From the NCBI GenBank assembly GCA_000165425.1, contig CT867994.1, forward strand, positions 1 to 64,000: a stretch of DNA of 64,000 bases, written 5' to 3'. The stretch is from Paramecium tetraurelia (lineage: Eukaryota). Positions 57,471 to 64,000 of the stretch are shown one piece after another. The notes beneath the pieces were generated by a model. That model did not search any database. It saw only the letters and a program-made list of their open reading frames with translations, and was not told the DNA's origin. The position numbers and the translations under genes are program-made. Numbering within the stretch: position 1 is the stretch's first letter; each line of letters begins with the position of its first letter.

Positions 57471-59430
57471 TCATATTTTCTTGTCTAAGTATTCTCTGTC
57501 TTCTTTGAGCAGTGTCTTTTTGATACACTTCGTTGATGTTGTGGAATTGCTTAAGGATGTCTTTGTTGCTCCTGATTTGTTATCTCACTTGTATTTCTTA
57601 TTTGTATCTCTCTTCAAAAGACTTGTGAAATGAAATCAGAATATTTTTATATTCTTACTTTCTCTAATCAATGAGATTGAGGATGTCTTCATTGATAGAT
57701 GTCTCCAAGAGATTCTCACTCTGTCCCTTCACAAACACTTTGTCCATTTCAAAAATATACAAGGATGTTTTCCTGTAAAGATCTTCCAAAGCCAAAGCCT
57801 TCCTGTATACAAGTTTCCTTTTCTTCCTTTCAAATGCCAACAATTGCAATATCCTATTTATTGTAGACTGACTTTGATCAGCCTTTTGATTGAGTTCGGT
57901 TATTTCGATTCTTGTATTCTCAAGATCCTAATCCATCTTCAATTTTCCAATATCAATTTATTCCTGCAACTTCTCAGCCTTCTATTCAAGCAATTGGGAA
58001 TTCTATTACAATTGTTTCAAGTCCTTTTCTTTTTCACCAATAGTTCTCTTCTATTCCAAAATGATCTTTTCAGCCTCATCAAATACTAAAGTCAAAGTTG
58101 GAACAGTGACAGTTTTGTTCTCCTTCTTCAATTCTCTATACGTATCATATTTGTTCTTCTCCTTCTCATCTTTCTCATCCCAAGCCCTCTCTTTGCCTCC
58201 ATGTCCAACTCATGCAACACATATATGCATTAATTCTACAGTCCCATCATTCAATCTCCCTCCCAATAACATGATTTCTCCATGAACTTCATTTTGATTG
58301 CATGACATCACATAACCAAACCTAGGAGCTGGAATATAACCACCAGCAACAGGTTTAGACCAATACCCTTCATTCAAATTCAATAGATATAGATCATTCA
58401 AAGGCTCTGAATTCTTTAACTAATTCTCATTCACATTGTATCCTCCATACAAACACAATAAGTTCTCCTTAACGACCAATAATTCCTTAAAATATGATCA
58501 CTATTTACATGAAATGCTCTCTAACCAGGTGATTATCCTTTCAATTCCAATTAACTTATATCGTAAGTCTCTATATCCAATAATAGACAACGATCCTAAC
58601 ATTATTTTTATTTATTGAATCCTCCATAGACCAACAACTCTTTATCTGATACTTGTATCATAGTGTGTGCTTTGATAGCTGGCATATCATCAAATGGCAG
58701 TTTCTCCCAAGTAATTCCTGGTAACTCCAATGATTGAGTTTCCCATGCCACATTTTCAAACTAATTTATTTACAAATTTTGCTTACAGACAATTGCCATA
58801 CATCATCCATCAATAGATTTTCAGGCATACTTGCTCCCCCCATCAAATATTTCTTCATTCCTTAAGTTGAGAATCCAAAATGCAATCTACCTGGAGGACC
58901 TTCCAAATAAAAGAATCGTTTCCACACAAACTTCTCTGTATTCAATATGTACAAATCACTAACAGTTTTATTCTCATATGTGATCCCTCCATACACATAC
59001 AACAGTGGTGCTTCATACCAAACCTATGCACTCGTTCTTCTAGTTGGGGGTTTCCCTGTACATTTCTTGATACTCCATGAATAAGTAGCTGGATCCAATA
59101 TGTACACATAATCCTAGCATTCTTGATTACTAAATGGACTACTCACTCTTGTCTACTTTGGAGCACCTATTTTAAAGGATATTCCGTCGCTTTTTGGAGG
59201 AGATGGCTACTTCTCTAAGCTATAAATTCAATTGCATACCTTCCTATTACAAATCCTTAATATTGAATGGGTTCTTGCCTCCAAAGTATAGATATCGATT
59301 CTGATCAATCAAATACACCAAATTAACACACTCCTACTAACTTAGGTGGACGACCATGTTTCTCTATAAAATTTGAATTAATCACTTACTGTTGTCAATT
59401 TCAATTTTTCTTCCAAAATAACTATTACAT
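57471..59430 (-). CDS. Kelch-repeat protein with C-terminal coiled coil
   Basis: Kelch blades YLYFGG, RFGMKHHC, LCLYGGY and WSKPVAGGYIPAPRFGY...IMLLGG, followed by a coiled coil. Confidence 0.82.
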
Positions 59431-59476
59431 AAATTAATGAACTAAACCAAACACTTTCCAAGATTGTGAAAAAGCT

Positions 59477-59763
59477 ATGAAGGATTGGTAACTATGGGCA
59501 GAGAACCAACAAATGTAATTCAACCTTTATCACACATTAGTCTCAATCCTGAAGAATTGCCGCCCTTGCACTTTACACCCAAAGACCAAAAAAACAAGAG
59601 TGCTTTCAAACTGTTCAAACTCGATCATATTGTTGAAGTCAAGAAATAACATCCTGAATATGGCTTCAAGGAGAGATTGGAAACACTCAAACACATGTGG
59701 CGTAACCTCACTAAAGATGAAAAATTCATTTATGTTCAGAAAAGTAAACAATTGAAATTTTGA
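59477..59763 (+). CDS. Small HMG-box protein
   Basis: PKDQKNKSAFKLFKLDHIVEVKKQHPEYGFKERLETLKHMWRNLTKDEKFIYVQKSK. The start is either 59477 (with a 26-nt intron) or 59494. Confidence 0.78.
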
Positions 59764-60761
59764 ATTGATTATATATAATTTTATTGTTATTTGCTAAAAC
59801 AATTGTTATTAAGGAACTATCTACTTTTCTTTTGTCATTTAATTATATAAACCCAGAAATATTATATTATACATGCAGAAATACTATTGCCATAAGATTA
59901 ATATATGAATATCATTTAATATATTTCAACTTCTTCTTGTACTAATATATATCTATAAAATACTTTGGGTATTTAGGTAATATCAAATGACTGTGTAAAA
60001 TTGCAAAATTTTCATATTTTTATAGCCTCAAGATTATCTATCAATTTAATTAAAAATTAATGAAATGAATATCGTGTAATTGATAACTCTATAGCAATCA
60101 TTTTAAGAACACTTAATCACATTTCTATTGACTAGAGATTTCGATTCCACATACGAGAGACAGTGAAATATCATTCCAAATGTTATTACAACTTACATTA
60201 AACATTATATAATCAAATCATTAGGTAAAAAGTTAAGTATAAATAAATGCTTTTGTAACACTTATCCTAATAAAAGTTCATGAATGAAAAACTTTTTTAA
60301 ATCACGAAAATCATTAGAGAGGACCTTCCCTTAAGTTTTCTGAATTATTATTGTTAACTTTAGTATAGCCTATTATTAATATATCAAAGTCATTTTTATA
60401 TAAATAAATCTTGAGTATAAAATTTAAATTGCTAGCAAATGTTAATTTTTGGTTTGCAGAGTAAATGACCTATGTAACTCTCCATTTCCCTAAATTTAAT
60501 TATTTTAGTAAGTTCAAATACAAAATTTATATAATTTAATATAAAGATATAATCCTAAGCTAAATTTATAAAAATTGATAAAAACCCACATAAGATGATA
60601 TATTTTCAAAACCAATGTAAACTCTCCTAACAGCTTTGCTTATTTTGCCGGATAATAAGTGATAATCAAATTATAAATAAATTAACTTATCCAATAAACC
60701 AAGTATCTTGGATAACCCTACTTTCATAATCTAGAACAAATGTTGAAATAATATAAGTCGT

Positions 60762-61241
60762 ACAATTATAATAGCATTCCTCCTGAATACCAGTAGCTCT
60801 CAAATAAAAAATTATTAAATCATGATGTATTTCATTGAATGATTATAAAAAAATGCTAGAATATTAAAATTTTTAGAGCTCTTTCCCCAATCATAAAATT
60901 TCTTTAAATAAAAACTATAATTATAAATTATGGGGTAGCTTTCTAAAAAAGAAGAGGAGGTCGGTATTGCTGTGTAAAGTTAGTTACATAATTATATATT
61001 TTTGGTGCTCCTTCTACTCCTTTTAACCTGAAATCTATGAGGTATATCATTTGTAAAGAGAATTGTATATTCTTTCAGTAGAGGATGTAGAGGAATATTA
61101 AAAAAGAAATGTTTTAAAATAAAATATTTGATTTGTAAGTTTAAATAGCCAGATAAAATTAAATGTAAAAAAAATTGAAAGTTACATCAAATGAATATTT
61201 TTCAAGAAAGAGAATTGGAGCTAAAACCACAATGATGAAGG
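60762..61241 (+). pseudogene. Decayed duplicate of the 30.6-31.9 kb segment (ARL 5' end fused to a piece of the coiled-coil gene)
   Basis: caattataatagcattcct..ctga.taccagtag matches 30601; atggggtagctttctaaaaaagaagaggaggtcggtattgc matches the ARL start; gtagaggatgtagaggaa, ttgaaagttacatcaaatga and agagaattggagctaaaa match 31770-31945. Many indels. Confidence 0.85.
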
Positions 61242-61785
61242 TGTTTAATAAACTTAAACAAGATCTAATAGTTTTTCAACTCATCTAATTCATATCATCT
61301 CATTAATATTTATATATTTAACTTTACTGCACTCAAAAATAATTACAAATTCATAAATTATATTTTTAATTTGTAAAATACTTTAATAAGAAATCAAACT
61401 AAAATCTATCAGTTTCAAAACCTTTTTGTTTATATATAGAAATGTAATTATTTAAGTGAATCTTTATGAAGAAAAAAAAAATTTAAACATTTGTATGGAA
61501 AAGTAAAAGAAATGAAATTCTAATAATTTCTTTCATTTTTAACCTATATAATCCATGCTTTATAAGTCCTAATCTGCTGACATATAATTTTATTGCTCAA
61601 TAGCATCCAAATATTTTATGCCTAAAATTTTTATATTTATTGCTAGTAAAATTGGTAATTAGTAATATAAATGTCTTTGTTAATTCTAAATATAAATAAA
61701 AAATTAACGATCTTATAAAATCTTTGCTTTAAATATTAATTCTTCAATTAATCACTATTAGAAAATTTATAACTTAAAACCTTTG

Positions 61786-64000
61786 ATGATTTCTTTAGTT
61801 CTTTTTTATTTGACATTACAATAGGCATCTGCTGATTGTACCACCACTGATTCAGCAAGTTGTGAGGCAGAGACAGGTTGTGGTTGGTGGTCACAAGGAG
61901 GCTGTTACAAATGTTCAGATTGGGATTAATCAAATTGTTAAAATGTGTGCGGATGGTACAATTCAGCCTGCACAAAATGCACCAGCATACCAAATGCTTC
62001 ATGCCTTTCAACAGGATGTGGTCTTTCCTCTAGCAATTAGTGTATAAATTGCGGAGGATTAAGCACTTCAACCTGTTCTAACTATTTTGGATGCTATTTA
62101 TCAGGTGGATTTTGTTATGCAAGTTTATTTAGGACTTAAACTGATTGTGTTTCACCATATGAATGGGTTGATTCAAAATGTTAAATTTAAGCTTGTTCTT
62201 CATCAAAAAAATCAAATTGCATATGTGGAACATCTAGCTTAGTGGTTTGTGGCTCATCAGAAGGATGTAAGGATATTGCAGCCTCTACTGGAGTGTGTAA
62301 ATAAAATTGTGCTTAAAATTTAAATTCAAATTCATGCTTGTGTGGAACAGACTAAGTAGAATGCCTAAGCTCTACATACTGTGTGGATATTGCTGCTACA
62401 TCTGGATAATGTAAATAGGCTTGTTCAGTATCAACGGTTTCAGATTGTATATGTGGAACTTCAAGTAAATCTTATTGTGATTCAACTAAATAATGCTAGA
62501 GTGATGCTTGTGTAACTTTAACAGTAAATTGTGCATCTGCTTTTGATGCCAGCTGTTCTTGCGGAAGTTCAACCAAATAAACTTGTACTTCAACTACTTT
62601 TTGCGTTGATCCAACTGCATCATCTGGATCGTGTAAATAAGCTTGTTCAGTATCAACGGTTTCAGATTGTATATGTGGAACTTCAAGTAAATCCTATTGT
62701 GACTCTACTAAATAATGTTAGAGTGGTGCTTGTGTAACTTTAACAGTAAATTGTGCATCTGCTTTTGATGCAAGCTGTTCTTGTGGAAGTTCAACAAAGT
62801 AAAGTTGTACTTCAACAACCTTTTGTGTTGATCCGACTGCATCCTCTGGATAATGTAAATAGGCATGTTCAGGATCAACAGTGTCTGATTGTATATGTGG
62901 AACCTCAAGTAAATCCTATTGTGATTCAACTAAATAATGCTAGAGTAATTCATGTGTATCTGTTGCGAATTGTTCTTCAATTAACTAAAATAACTGTTCA
63001 TGTGGGAGTTCATCAAAACAAAATTGTGGTTCAACTACTTATTGCAAAGATCCAACTGCAGCCAGTGGAGTTTGTGTTAATAAATGTTAAGGATCAACTG
63101 TAAATAATTGTATTTGTGGATCTTCAACAGTATCTTATTGCAGTTCAACATAAAGATGTGAAGATAATATGGCTAGTTCAGGTAATTGTTTGGATATATG
63201 TACTACTAATTTTTAAAGTAATTGTTCATGTGGTTAAAGTCAATTTAGTAATTGTAATAATTCTAAATATTGTGTGAATGCTTCTGCTTCTAATGGGTAA
63301 TGTTATGATAATTGTACAGATAGTGTTAGATCATCTTGCATTTGTGGAATTGCAACAAAATAAGTTTGTTCTAACTAACAAAAATGCCAAGATCCAACTT
63401 CTAATGATGGCAATTGTATTACTATACCAAATTGCATTAATAATTTTGATAACTCTTGTTTATGTGGTATAACTTAGGTTTCTTAGTGTTCTTAATCTAC
63501 TTATTGCATTAATGTATCTGATTCAACAGGAGTTTGCATATAAAATTGTAATCAAAATTTAAAGTCTAATTGTATTTGTGGTTCAGTTAATAAACTTATC
63601 TGTTCTAAAACTTAAGTATGTTAGAATCCTAATGATATGAATGGATATTGTATAGAAAAATGTGTTACGAATTTATAAACAAATTGCTAATGTGGTAACT
63701 CTGTTACTCCTTTTTGTGGTTCAAATGAACATTGCCATGATGTTTAATAACCTACAGGTAACTGTGTTAAATAATGTAATTTATTTGAAAACAATTGTGT
63801 TTGTGGAAAATCATATTATTCACAATGTTCATCTACCACATATTGTTCATCAAAATCAGAAGGAGTTTGTTTAGATTACTGTTCTTACTAATCTTCCAAT
63901 TGTATTTGTGGAAACAAAGTCAAATAGGTATGTTCAAATGAAGAAAAATGCGTTGATCCAAATTCAGATAATGGAATTTGTAATTAAGGAACTTGTACAT
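61786..64000 (+). CDS. Cys-rich surface protein, copy B (runs off the window end)
   Basis: MISLVLFYLTLQQASADCTTTDSASCEAETGCGWW...; near-identical to 33024-34796; no frame break seen within the window. Confidence 0.88.
62410..62960 (+). repeat. Internal 222-nt (74-aa) tandem repeat in the Cys-rich gene, about 2.5 units
   Basis: Units start with tgtaaata at 62410, 62632 and 62854; copy A has only the last, partial unit. Confidence 0.9.

Overview
This is eukaryotic ciliate macronuclear-type DNA, almost certainly Paramecium. Genes read through TAA/TAG as Gln (translation table 6), stop only at TGA, and carry tiny (~20-32 nt) GT..AG introns. A trichocyst matrix protein gene is present, and intergenic gaps are often under 60 nt. 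The supplied ORF track treats TAA/TAG as stops, so most of its entries are fragments or shadow frames. I re-translated by eye and can support about 35 protein genes or pseudogenes; I recognised no rRNA, tRNA, CRISPR, telomeric repeat or transposon. Main points of interest: (1) a compact homolog of the MYCBP2/Highwire RING-Cys-Relay E3 ligase with both relay cysteines and the catalytic His intact; (2) an IFI6/IFI27 (ISG12)-family gene next to a CCCH-VWA-alpha-kinase, a CGDG-repeat multi-TM receptor, a decayed TPR gene and an LRR gene, forming an immune-like neighbourhood at ~2-20 kb; (3) a direct duplication ~29 kb apart (30.6-34.8 kb vs 60.8-64 kb) in which neighbouring genes have decayed but a Cys-rich GPI surface-protein gene is near-identical apart from two extra 222-nt repeat units and frameshifts; (4) a poly-Gln protein ending in a bacterial-type Ada-like Zn motif; (5) an Arf-like GTPase lacking the catalytic Gln. 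Coordinates come from manual reading; starts and intron choices may be off by a few bases.
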